Source: Nitrososphaerales archaeon (GTDB taxonomy: Archaea; Thermoproteota; Nitrososphaeria; Nitrososphaerales; UBA213). Taken from it: a stretch of 55,869 bases of DNA. The position numbers were made by a program, and so were the translations under genes. Location: NCBI GenBank assembly GCA_046759465.1, contig JBHICH010000005.1, positions 1-55,869 on the forward strand. Reading direction: 5' to 3'. The notes below the pieces were generated by a model, which was not told where the DNA came from, did not search any database, and saw only the letters and a list, made by a program, of their open reading frames with translations. The stretch's first letter is position 1; each line of letters opens with the position of its first letter. Shown here piece by piece: positions 17,706 through 26,066 of this stretch.

Positions 17706-18626
17706 TTAGGAAACCTGTTTTTGCTTCAGTTTTTGTGCTAGAAGTACTGGTATCTCTGCAGGCCTCTTTGCAACAGGTACGCCCGCTTTAGTGAACATGC
17801 TAACCTTCGATTCAGCCGAGCCAAAATTCCCGTATATTATTGCGCCGGCATGTCCCATTCTCTTTTCCTTCGGTGCTGACCTACCAGCAATGTACGCAAC
17901 GACCGGTTTATCAAAACCCGTTGATACGATAGACTCTGCAAGTTGCTCTTCTGCATCCCCACCAATCTCACCCACTACAACAACTGAGCTAACATCGGTT
18001 CTGTCTCTTACCATATCAAAGCATTCTATCAGTGTTGTGCAGTTGATTGGATCTCCTCCTATGCCAAGTGAAATTCTTTGGCCAAAGCCAGATATGCTCA
18101 ATATGTGTGAAACTTCGTACATCAGTGTTCCGCTTCTTGAGAATACCACAACATTTCCAGGCTCAAAGGGCTCTGCTGGCATAATACCGAGCTTGATCAC
18201 ACTTGGTATAATTATTCCAGGAGCGTTTGGTCCGAATATTTTTGCACCTTTTGCCTTTGCAAGCTCCAAACACTTCAAGCTATCCTTTGCTGGAATATGT
18301 TCAGGAATCGCAACCAATAATGAAATTCCATCGTTCAGTGCTTCTTCTGCAGCACCCAGAAAATATTGTGCTGGTACGAACATTACAGAGATCTTTGCAC
18401 CCGTATTTTTTACAGCTTCTGCAACGCTATCATACACTGGTACGCCATCGAAGTTTTGTCCGCCCTTACCTGGAGTAACGCCAGCAATAATCCTTGTGCC
18501 ATACTGGACCATCAATTTTGTGTGGAAGGTTCCAAACTTACCAGTAATTCCTTGCACAATAACTGGTTTCTTCTTGTAGTCTTTGTCGCCCTCATCTCCT
18601 AGCAGAATTTTAAAAATGTCAAACAT
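17706..18626 (-). CDS. sucD: succinyl-CoA synthetase (ADP-forming) alpha subunit
   Basis: 306-aa ORF with the CoA-binding motif VQGITGKFGTFH, the active-site His region GHAGAII, and SRSGTL. Confidence 0.9.
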   Translation of the reverse strand: MFDIFKILLGDEGDKDYKKKPVIVQGITGKFGTFHTKLMVQYGTRIIAGVTPGKGGQNFDGVPVYDSVAEAVKNTGAKISVMFVPAQYFLGAAEEALNDGISLLVAIPEHIPAKDSLKCLELAKAKGAKIFGPNAPGIIIPSVIKLGIMPAEPFEPGNVVVFSRSGTLMYEVSHILSISGFGQRISLGIGGDPINCTTLIECFDMVRDRTDVSSVVVVGEIGGDAEEQLAESIVSTGFDKPVVAYIAGRSAPKEKRMGHAGAIIYGNFGSAESKVSMFTKAGVPVAKRPAEIPVLLAQKLKQKQVS

Positions 18627-18630
18627 TCAA

Positions 18631-19731
18631 TTAAACCTCCTTAACAGCAGCTGCTATTGCTTCTTCTACTGTATCGAACATCCTTGCACTGCTTCCCTTT
18701 AGCATCTCTTTAGCCTGGTCTGATTCTGCCCCTGAAATTCTTGCAAAGAGAGAAACCTCGATAAGCTTATTCTTGTATGCGTCAACTATTGCCTGAGCAA
18801 CCATACTCGTTCGAACTATGCCTCCGAATAAATTCACGAGGATTGCGTTCACGTTGGGAATCTTACTTATAAGTGTCAAAGCTGTGTACACACTTTCTGT
18901 AGTTGCTCCACCACCAACATCTAGAAAGGATGATGCTTTGCCGCCGTGATCACTTAGCATATCAAGTGTGGACATAACAAGACCTGCGCCATTACCTATT
19001 ACTGCGATATTGCCATCAAGTTCTACCAGAGAAAAACCACTCTTCTTTGCTTCGGCTTCTAAACTCGATATGTCTTCATACTGTTTGAGCTCCTCATGCC
19101 TGAACATTGCATTGTCATCTATGATGATCTTTGCATCCAATGCTAGCAAGCTACCATCTTCCTTCATTGCAATTGGATTAATCTCAGCAAGTTCGGCTTC
19201 TTTTTCTACGACCAATTTTGAAAGTTTGGATGCTAGCTCAGCGAAACTTTGTGTACTGTTTGCGTCTAGTCCAAGTTTCGTTGCAACATCTTTCAGTTCT
19301 TTGTCGCTTATACCGTCAACACCAACATCAACTATAACTTTGCTTCCAACACTTTCAATATCAACTCCTCCTTCTGCAGAGGCTATTATGGAATAGCATC
19401 TTTTGCTTCTATTAAGATAGACGGACAGATAGAGCTCCTTCACATGTTCTGCAAATTCTTCAACCAACAAAGTTCTAACTGGCTCACCCTGTACACTCTT
19501 TTTCACGAGATTTTCAAATGATTCTTTTAACGCATTTGGGGTTTTGCATATAGAAATTGCGCCTGCCTTGCCTCTCCCCCCAACCTTCAACTGAGCCTTC
19601 AGAACCAATGGAAAACCGAGTTCATCGGCATGCTTCCTTACCTCATCAAAATTATCTGCAACATAGCCTTTTGGAATTGGTATGCTATATTTATCCAGCA
19701 AAGATTTCGCCTGATACTCCAGTAAACGCAT
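18631..19731 (-). CDS. sucC: succinyl-CoA synthetase beta subunit (ATP-grasp)
   Basis: 366-aa ORF with N-terminus MRLLEYQAKSLLDKYSIPIPKG and the C-terminal ligase-CoA motif NIAVIGNGAGLVMSTLD. It lies directly upstream of sucD. Confidence 0.9.
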   Translation of the reverse strand: MRLLEYQAKSLLDKYSIPIPKGYVADNFDEVRKHADELGFPLVLKAQLKVGGRGKAGAISICKTPNALKESFENLVKKSVQGEPVRTLLVEEFAEHVKELYLSVYLNRSKRCYSIIASAEGGVDIESVGSKVIVDVGVDGISDKELKDVATKLGLDANSTQSFAELASKLSKLVVEKEAELAEINPIAMKEDGSLLALDAKIIIDDNAMFRHEELKQYEDISSLEAEAKKSGFSLVELDGNIAVIGNGAGLVMSTLDMLSDHGGKASSFLDVGGGATTESVYTALTLISKIPNVNAILVNLFGGIVRTSMVAQAIVDAYKNKLIEVSLFARISGAESDQAKEMLKGSSARMFDTVEEAIAAAVKEV

Positions 19732-19947
19732 GCCACTGCATTGACAAAGATTAATCCTATATAATCTAATGCACTGGGATTGTTGGAGATCTACTTGATA
19801 CAGCTTTGATCGTCCCTACAGGAGTAGAAAGCACATTTACTGAACAAAAGGAAACCTGAAGTGTCAGTGCACTTAGCCCCCAAAAAAGAAAAAGTTCTTT
19901 AGTTCCTTCCTAACGCTCGAAAATTTTATGCAACATAACTTTTAAAT

Positions 19948-20280
19948 TTAGTCTTTAATTTCTTCTTCCAGGTTATCTAAAGACTTGAGGAAGAGCTCCT
20001 TGCTCCTCTTCCTTATCCAATCTGGAAACTCATTAATTGGAAACACAAACTGCTGTTGGAAGCTTGGAGGTATGAAGCCTCCATGAGTAATTACCTGCAC
20101 TATGACATAGCGACTAGTTACTGTTGCAACTTCTTCTTCCATTGCATGCTCACTTTCTTCGACTGCATGCCTGTACAATGTGATCGGTCTGTCTGTCTTT
20201 GCTGCAATGACACTTGCTCTGTGTAGTAGGTCCTTAAATCTGGTACTCAGCCATTCATCCAGCGTGACTTGTTTCTTCAT
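19948..20280 (-). CDS. hypothetical protein
   Basis: 110-aa ORF upstream of ileS on the same strand. No motif recognised. Confidence 0.5.
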   Translation of the reverse strand: MKKQVTLDEWLSTRFKDLLHRASVIAAKTDRPITLYRHAVEESEHAMEEEVATVTSRYVIVQVITHGGFIPPSFQQQFVFPINEFPDWIRKRSKELFLKSLDNLEEEIKD

Positions 20281-20337
20281 CTTGACCTGCTTCCCTTCTT
20301 GTTATATAAGAGAGAAATAGCAAATAATCTTTACCAA

Positions 20338-23300
20338 TTATTCAACCGAAAGACTGATCTGCTTTCCATCTATCTCATCATTGGCCCAGTTGACACCCTC
20401 TTGGGCATCTCGCATCAACTCAATTTTCTTGACTCGAACGAGGTATGCCAGTTCATCGTTCATTCCCTGTAGAAGTCCAAGGGCTTCTTCGTCAAGTTTT
20501 GCCACATATGCAGCATCAAGTATCTGTGTAGGGTTGTAGCCTCTCTGCTTTCTCAGTGACTGTAACCTTCTTGCCAGGTCCCTGACAAGACCCTTGGCAG
20601 TGAGTTCCTTATCACGTACAGTAGAGATCAGAACAAAGATATTTTCACGTTCAGCAATGGCATAGCCATTCCCTGGCTCATAGCCGATCTCAACATCATC
20701 TTTCATAATTGTTACCTCTTTTCCATCATACTTCAAATCAAAATGTCCCTTGCTCTCCAGATTGTGCAACAGCTTAACTTGATCTTTGTCGCCAAATTCT
20801 TTCTGCACTTTACCAATATCTGCCTTGACTTTTTGAGCAACACTTCCACGTTTCAGTGTTATCTTAGGCTTTATTGGTAAGCCGTTGCCAATCATTGCAA
20901 GTATTCTTGCACCTATACCTGATTGCGCAAGTCCGATCACTTTAAAGTAGCTAACATTGAGTTGTGATCTGAGTAATGCTTCTAGAGCATTAAGTGCGCG
21001 TCCATCATCTTTATTGATACATACGTAAGCATTTTTCAAGGGCCATCTCCTCTTTAGAAACGCTTTCATCCTTGCTGCATTTGCAAGAGAGACAACTTCC
21101 TTCAGCAAATCAAATGAACGCTCGACATTTTTGTTGACAAATTTCTCCTCCTTGCTAGGCCATTGCTCAAGCAACACACTTTTTTTATAATCGAAGAATG
21201 TCACATACATATAATCTGTTACGAACGGACAGATTGGATGCAGTAGTATATCAATTGTTTTAAGAATGTAAGCAAGAGTAGAGTAGATTGCTCGTCTTCT
21301 ATTGAGATTCTCATTGCTGTCATCCCAGATCTCGTTTCTTGTTAAGGGTATGTATGTTTGACTTAAATGATTTATAACAAATTCTTCAATTGTTCTAGCA
21401 GATTCATGATATCTGCACCCATCGTATCCATTTGTTACGGTTTCTACTAGCTCCTGTAGTTTTGACAACAGCCAAGTTTCTGTTTCCCTGAGCAATTTGT
21501 TTGACACTGCCCATTCTATCGTGTTCTTCTTGGGGTCGTATCCATCATAGCTACTGTTTTGTTTAAAGTAAACGTGTAGATAGTAAAGAGTGCTCAAGAC
21601 TTGGTAGGGTCTTGTCTTCAGTTCTTCAACAGCAAAATTAAGCCCATCGATTGGACTCGACTTCCATATATAATAAAACCTGATAATGTCAACCGCATAT
21701 TCTTTTAAAAGTTCGATGCCATCAATTACATTGCCAAGACTCTTACTCATCTTGTTGCCGTTCTTGTCCATAACATGGCCTTGAAAAAGAAATGCTTTGA
21801 AGGGAGCTTTATCACTTGCATTCAAGATAACATTTTCTATCAGCAATGTATAGGCCCATCCTCTAGTTTGGTCGATTCCTTCAGTCAGAAAAGGCGTAGG
21901 CACTAATTCGTTATATTCTTCATCCGTTAGTGATGAATATGGTGCAGCACCGCTATTGTGCCATGTATCGAGCACAAATGGTTCGCGATATGAGTTTGAC
22001 CCACATGCATCACACTTGATAACAACTCTGTCTATCCACGGTCTATGTAATTCAAAATTCTCGCCATCAGGTAGCTCGGATGCTTGATCCACAATCTCTT
22101 TCCTACTAAAGAGTGCAGTTTTGTTATTGCAGTTGGTGCATACCCAGATCGGCAATGGCGCACCCCATACGCGTTCCCTTGAAATGCACCAAGGTACACT
22201 TTCTTTTATTATTCCTAGGAACCTGTTCTTGGGCTCGTTGTAAAAATATTCTACCTTCTCGGCCGCACTTAGCGCAAGATCAGCTATCTTTTCTATCATA
22301 TTGAAGTATTCACGTCTGGCAAGCCATACTAGCTTATGGTGTGAGCGCCAGCAGGTTGGGTACTCGTGTTTTATCCTGCCTACCTTTACTACAGCATTAA
22401 GCTCTCGGAGTGCCTCAACTACTTTTTGATCTGCATCACGAACAAACAACTTGTTGAATATGCCTGCCTGCTCTGTGAACCTTACCTGGTCATCAATTGG
22501 GTTAAAGACAGGTAACTTGTGATTGGAAGCCGCTTCAAAGTCCTCTGTACCATTTGCTGGCGAGAGGTGGACCAAACCACTACCAGTGTTGATATCAACG
22601 AACTTTTCTGCAATGACGATGTGTATTTTGTCAGCCAGTTCCTTTAAGCCAGGTATTTTGTCGAGCAATGGATGGGCATAGCGCTTTCCGTCAAGTTCAA
22701 TGCCCTTTACTTTCTTCGATATAGAATAATTTGTTATCTTTAACTCCTTCGTCAACGGCTCGAGCCTGTTTTGAGCTACTACCCAATCTTCATTGTTAAC
22801 TCTTATGTAAAGGTAATCTGCGTCAGGATTCATACCAACCATTTCGTCTGTAATAACTGTAAAAGGCATTGTTGTCCATATTATCAGGTATGCATCTTCA
22901 TCAGCAAGTTTGACTTTGTAGTAAAGCGATGGATCTTCCACAACTTCATAGCCTTGGTTTACCTCTGAGTGACTTAAGGATGTCTGGCAGCTCGGGCAGT
23001 ATGCAACTACTCTATATCCTTCTACAAGTATGTGCTGCTCCCATGCCCTCTTAAGATACTTCCACTCACGTTCAATGTAGTCATCATGATATGTCCAGTA
23101 AGCTTTATCGTAATCAAATGATATCCCAAGCAATTTGTCAGCTTCTACCCACTTCTCGTTGTACCTCTGCACAAGTTTCTTGCACTGTTCAACAATTTTT
23201 TCAACACCAACTCTCTTCAGATTTTCTACCTTACTTCCAGATAGGCCTAATTCCCTTTCTGCCTGCAACTCAACTGGTAAACCTTGTGTATCCCATCCGG

Positions 23301-23541
23301 CGCGGAAAATAACGTTAAACTTGCATAGAGTTGAAAATCTGTACCAGATATCCTTCATCACCCTTCCTCTAAGGTGACCAACATGTGGCTCTCCATTCAT
23401 CGTTGGAGGGCCTTCAACGAACCCTATCTTCTTCTTGTCTTCAAGTTCGTCATCAAGCAAGCTACGTAAATCTATACCTCTCCAGTATTCTCTAACTTGG
23501 TTTTCAACTGATTTAGCATCAAACTTGTCCTGCAGTTCCAT
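20338..23541 (-). CDS. ileS: isoleucyl-tRNA synthetase (archaeal type)
   Basis: 1067-aa ORF with the class I HIGH variant PHVGHLRG, KMSKS, a CP1 editing-domain insertion, and zinc-binding CPSC/CTNC. Confidence 0.93.
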   Translation of the reverse strand: MELQDKFDAKSVENQVREYWRGIDLRSLLDDELEDKKKIGFVEGPPTMNGEPHVGHLRGRVMKDIWYRFSTLCKFNVIFRAGWDTQGLPVELQAERELGLSGSKVENLKRVGVEKIVEQCKKLVQRYNEKWVEADKLLGISFDYDKAYWTYHDDYIEREWKYLKRAWEQHILVEGYRVVAYCPSCQTSLSHSEVNQGYEVVEDPSLYYKVKLADEDAYLIIWTTMPFTVITDEMVGMNPDADYLYIRVNNEDWVVAQNRLEPLTKELKITNYSISKKVKGIELDGKRYAHPLLDKIPGLKELADKIHIVIAEKFVDINTGSGLVHLSPANGTEDFEAASNHKLPVFNPIDDQVRFTEQAGIFNKLFVRDADQKVVEALRELNAVVKVGRIKHEYPTCWRSHHKLVWLARREYFNMIEKIADLALSAAEKVEYFYNEPKNRFLGIIKESVPWCISRERVWGAPLPIWVCTNCNNKTALFSRKEIVDQASELPDGENFELHRPWIDRVVIKCDACGSNSYREPFVLDTWHNSGAAPYSSLTDEEYNELVPTPFLTEGIDQTRGWAYTLLIENVILNASDKAPFKAFLFQGHVMDKNGNKMSKSLGNVIDGIELLKEYAVDIIRFYYIWKSSPIDGLNFAVEELKTRPYQVLSTLYYLHVYFKQNSSYDGYDPKKNTIEWAVSNKLLRETETWLLSKLQELVETVTNGYDGCRYHESARTIEEFVINHLSQTYIPLTRNEIWDDSNENLNRRRAIYSTLAYILKTIDILLHPICPFVTDYMYVTFFDYKKSVLLEQWPSKEEKFVNKNVERSFDLLKEVVSLANAARMKAFLKRRWPLKNAYVCINKDDGRALNALEALLRSQLNVSYFKVIGLAQSGIGARILAMIGNGLPIKPKITLKRGSVAQKVKADIGKVQKEFGDKDQVKLLHNLESKGHFDLKYDGKEVTIMKDDVEIGYEPGNGYAIAERENIFVLISTVRDKELTAKGLVRDLARRLQSLRKQRGYNPTQILDAAYVAKLDEEALGLLQGMNDELAYLVRVKKIELMRDAQEGVNWANDEIDGKQISLSVE

Positions 23542-23694
23542 TCTTGCAATTGCATTGATATGGAAGATATATTAGTCTATCAATTTTGACAAGTTAATTG
23601 TAGCTAGGATATTTAATAAAAGAAGTTTATTGAATTAAGAAGGGATTTCTTCTACAATCAGGCTATAGCTGATTAAGTGAATATAGTTTCTTGC

Positions 23695-23784
23695 TCATAT
23701 CACGCCCTCCACAAGCATCGTTATCATAACAAGAATGCCCATGAATAGCAGGAAAGCTAAGATACCTCTAGACATATGCTTCAT
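23695..23784 (-). CDS. micro-ORF 8: 29-aa hydrophobic (single TM) peptide
   Basis: MKHMSRGILAFLLFMGILVMITMLVEGVI. The ATG abuts the stop of micro-ORF 7 (TAAATG). GGGTGA lies 8 nt upstream. Confidence 0.4.
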   Translation of the reverse strand: MKHMSRGILAFLLFMGILVMITMLVEGVI

Positions 23785-23901
23785 TTAATTCACCCAAGTA
23801 ATTCCCATTCTTCGCATGTGTTTTTCAGAACAACTGTTACACCGCAGAAAACTGCGGCCAATCGGTTTTCCGCAATTTTTGCATTTAAACATATTTTTCA
23901 T
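23785..23901 (-). CDS. micro-ORF 7: 38-aa zinc-ribbon peptide
   Basis: MKNMFKCKNCGKPIGRSFLRCNSCSEKHMRRMGITWVN has CKNC...CNSC. AAAGGTGAG lies 4 nt upstream of the ATG. Confidence 0.5.
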   Translation of the reverse strand: MKNMFKCKNCGKPIGRSFLRCNSCSEKHMRRMGITWVN

Positions 23902-24009
23902 TTTCTCACCTTTAGGGCCAGCTTAGATACTGAAGCATCTACTGGCGCCGGCGTGCGGTGGTGATGATTCGGAACGAATGTATTGAAAACGATGTCCGTT
24001 CCTTTGAAT

Positions 24010-24141
24010 TCACTCCGTCAAGCTTCTATATTCCATATGACCGCAATGCATGCAAAGTCTTCTTGTGTCGTTTAAATTATGCCAGTTTTTCTCGTTACAT
24101 ATTGGACAATTGCATAGTTCGGACATTCTTACTTTTGTCAT
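24010..24141 (-). CDS. micro-ORF 6: 43-aa zinc-ribbon peptide
   Basis: MTKVRMSELCNCPICNEKNWHNLNDTRRLCMHCGHMEYRSLTE has CNCPIC...CMHC. It starts 1 nt after the stop of micro-ORF 5. GGGAGTGATG lies upstream. Confidence 0.5.
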   Translation of the reverse strand: MTKVRMSELCNCPICNEKNWHNLNDTRRLCMHCGHMEYRSLTE

Positions 24142-24142
24142 C

Positions 24143-24304
24143 TTACATCACTCCCGCTATTTCCATCGGTTGTTCCATATTTCCGTTGCCGCGATTATGA
24201 CAAGTACATTTACAATCCTCATGACTTCGTCTGTAGTACGTGCATTGCTGGCAATAGTTCGTATGACCGTCTGGCTGTCCTATGTATTCGTAGGGCTTAT
24301 TCAT
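24143..24304 (-). CDS. micro-ORF 5: 53-aa Cys/His-rich peptide
   Basis: MNKPYEYIGQPDGHTNYCQQCTYYRRSHEDCKCTCHNRGNGNMEQPMEIAGVM. Its ATG overlaps the rps30e stop (ATGA). AAGGAG lies immediately upstream. Confidence 0.5.
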   Translation of the reverse strand: MNKPYEYIGQPDGHTNYCQQCTYYRRSHEDCKCTCHNRGNGNMEQPMEIAGVM

Positions 24305-24510
24305 CTCCTTTGATCCCTCCGTCTAAATTGGTAGTGCGGTTTGCGTTTCTGCATGTTCTTATATCTTCGTTTATGTTTAGTTAATGGATGGTGTCTGTTG
24401 ACAGTGTTAACTGTTTTCAGAATCTTCGGTGTCTGACTCTTTACTTTACCGGCTTTTGTCAATGAGCCATGACTGGCCATCTTTGCTGGTGTGCGCTTGG
24501 TGCAGCTCAT
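24301..24510 (-). CDS. rps30e: 30S ribosomal protein S30e (micro-ORF 4)
   Basis: 69-aa ORF containing the eS30 signature HGSLTKAGKVKSQTPKI and a basic tail. AAGGTGAG lies upstream of the 24510 ATG. The alternative start MASHGS at 24480 has no SD. Confidence 0.8.
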   Translation of the reverse strand: MSCTKRTPAKMASHGSLTKAGKVKSQTPKILKTVNTVNRHHPLTKHKRRYKNMQKRKPHYQFRRRDQRR

Positions 24511-24666
24511 TTAGTTCATCTCACCTTCTCTTCTGTAGATCTGTCTGATTGGTGCTTCTATAACTCTCAGTTTATGGACTTGCTCTGCATGATCTATCAT
24601 TCTCCAATAGTTGCTAGTCTTGAAACCGCATTTTTCCTGAGCGCAAATGAAATCTGATAGAGTCAT
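24511..24666 (-). CDS. micro-ORF 3: 51-aa classical C2H2-type zinc-finger peptide
   Basis: MTLSDFICAQEKCGFKTSNYWRMIDHAEQVHKLRVIEAPIRQIYRREGEMN has C-x4-C-x12-H-x4-H spacing. Its stop abuts the rps30e ATG (TAAATG). GGAGTGAGG lies upstream. Confidence 0.5.
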   Translation of the reverse strand: MTLSDFICAQEKCGFKTSNYWRMIDHAEQVHKLRVIEAPIRQIYRREGEMN

Positions 24667-24667
24667 T

Positions 24668-24772
24668 TTAACACATCCTCACTCCGCTTTGAACTATTGA
24701 TATGTAGTTGATTTCTGGTTTGATCTTCAGCTTTGGCTTTGTTGGTTTTACTTTATTTTCTGGTTTATTCAT
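24668..24772 (-). CDS. micro-ORF 2: 34-aa Lys/Pro-rich peptide
   Basis: MNKPENKVKPTKPKLKIKPEINYISIVQSGVRMC fits exactly between micro-ORFs 1 and 3 with 1-nt gaps. This is the weakest of the set. Confidence 0.3.
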   Translation of the reverse strand: MNKPENKVKPTKPKLKIKPEINYISIVQSGVRMC

Positions 24773-24773
24773 T

Positions 24774-24908
24774 TTATCTCACTTCCGCACCTAGTTCTAC
24801 TAATTCATGTCTTAGACAGTCGTTGCAAATGTCAACGGCTAGGACTGATAATACCCAATTGATTGGTATGTGTCCTCCACATTTCGTACAACTATATTTC
24901 TTATTCAT
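24774..24908 (-). CDS. micro-ORF 1: 44-aa zinc-ribbon peptide
   Basis: MNKKYSCTKCGGHIPINWVLSVLAVDICNDCLRHELVELGAEVR has CTKC...CNDC. GAGGAGTGATGAGA lies directly upstream of the ATG, close to the archaeal anti-SD complement GGAGGTGAT. Confidence 0.5.
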   Translation of the reverse strand: MNKKYSCTKCGGHIPINWVLSVLAVDICNDCLRHELVELGAEVR

Positions 24909-25003
24909 TCTCATCACTCCTCAAGATTACATACACAAACATCGCTTATATAGGTAACTATAGTATGATATAGTTTAAATATTATATTTGTGTATGAAAT
25001 ATT

Positions 25004-25153
25004 ATGAGTGAAATTAGTAATCAGTTCAAGTTTGTGGGAAAAATCTCGAAAATGGGTGATAACCGCATTATCTGGATTCCTAAAGAATTTCATGGATATC
25101 TAGAATCAATGATGGGTAAGCAAGTTAAGATCGTTCTTACGGATGATATTTAG
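25004..25153 (+). CDS. 49-aa AbrB/SpoVT-like (swapped-hairpin) putative DNA-binding protein (not in ORF track)
   Basis: MSEISNQFKFVGKISKMGDNRIIWIPKEFHGYLESMMGKQVKIVLTDDI shows the pattern K-hS-K-h-G-x-x-hhhhIPKEh...G-x-x-V-x-I. It is divergent from the micro-ORF operon, sharing a 95-bp AT-rich region with TATA-like CTTATATAGG and TTTAAATATT. Confidence 0.45.
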   Translation: MSEISNQFKFVGKISKMGDNRIIWIPKEFHGYLESMMGKQVKIVLTDDI

Positions 25154-25269
25154 AATATTTTTCGCACTTGCAAAACATGCAGCAACTCCTTAATGAAAGT
25201 GTAATGTAGGCGAATTTTGGATAAATCAATCTCTCTAACACATTTTGGTGCTATTCAATTCCTGTAAAA

Positions 25270-25735
25270 AATAGGGGGGTTGCTTGAGCATTTCATTGAT
25301 AAATCAAGGTACCTTTTGTGTTCTTGCCGCTTCGCTCTATGAGACGCAGTATTTCAATTCTTTTTCCTAGCATAGCACTACAGGGAGGTTAAGGTAATTA
25401 CAGCAAGCAGCGAAAGGGCGATAACGAGCGTTTGTAAGCTCACCGGAATCTCAGTGCTGTAGTATGCGGTACTCAATGCTAGCATCGCGGAGAGGGTGTT
25501 TGGTAATGTGCCAAAGCCGTATCTTGAGCACTTGCTTAAGAAAGACCATTGATCAAACCGATCGTGTAATTTATTTTGATTAATCACTAGTGATAATTCT
25601 ACCAAAAAACAATTTAAACCAGCGGTTCCATCAAAATATCGACTAGTGGATGCGATCAGAGCATGCACTGGGCAATGGAATTGGGCAAAGTAGGAATTTC
25701 TTGTAATTCCTGCCGTCCCACCCAATTCCTGTTAA
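25270..25735. ncRNA. candidate structured non-coding RNA region (identity and strand unresolved)
   Basis: This is part of a roughly 900-bp stretch with no credible ORF. Local GC is higher than in the flanking spacers. A compound hairpin sits at 25677-25729 (GGAATTGGG/CCCAATTCC enclosing AGGAATT/AATTCCT). A perfect 12-nt palindrome ATCACTAGTGAT is at 25583-25594. CTTGAGCA is duplicated (25283, 25523). Short plus-strand resemblances to RNase P CR-II/III exist (GCGAAAGGGCG..TAACGAGCG at 25409-25430), but no clear CR-I. Confidence 0.3.
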
Positions 25736-26066
25736 TGCAATTTTTATCGTCAGTTCTGTAACAATGAAACTACCAGCTAATTAAAAGTATCTTTTACATG
25801 AACACTAATCCTAATTTTAGCTTATTTAAATATCAAAAATTTTTCCACGACTTGGATCATAAGATGACCATTCCGTCGGATCATCAGCCGAAAAAAATTG
25901 CTTGATTTTTTCTAACAAATTTCTGTATCAGCATTTTCTAGATCAAGTGATGTCATAATGCGTTCGTTCATAAATGAATTTCTGTAAACGTTGTAAATTT
26001 CAATTTGCAGAAAAGCGGCGCCCACAGTAAGCATGTTCGCCATCTATCGGTGCTGTATTGTGATTG

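Noticed and set aside
23955-24010. C/D-box sRNA-like string (GTGATGA ... TTGA ... CGATGT ... TTGA) in the only gap of the micro-ORF operon.
   Set aside because: Box spacing does not fit: 15 nt to the D'-like box and only about 7 nt before the D-like box. The D boxes are TTGA rather than CTGA, the C' box is poor, and the two putative guides are self-complementary (GGAACG/CGTTCC). It is more likely a simple hairpin next to an unusual GC-rich GGCGCCGGCG patch.
25370-25575. Assignment of the structured region as RNase P RNA (plus strand).
   Set aside because: Only partial string resemblances were found (GCGAAAGGGCG, TAACGAGCG, CTTGAGC). I could not locate a convincing CR-I GAGGAAAGUCC or P4 pairing. 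The closest string, AAGAAAGACC at about 25539, is in the wrong order. It is left as unresolved and needs a covariance-model search.
25378-25725. 115-aa minus-strand ORF in the trmB-proximal spacer.
   Set aside because: It has a TTG start and an implausible composition. Its first codons coincide with a strong compound hairpin (25677-25729). I treat the region as probable structured RNA rather than a CDS.
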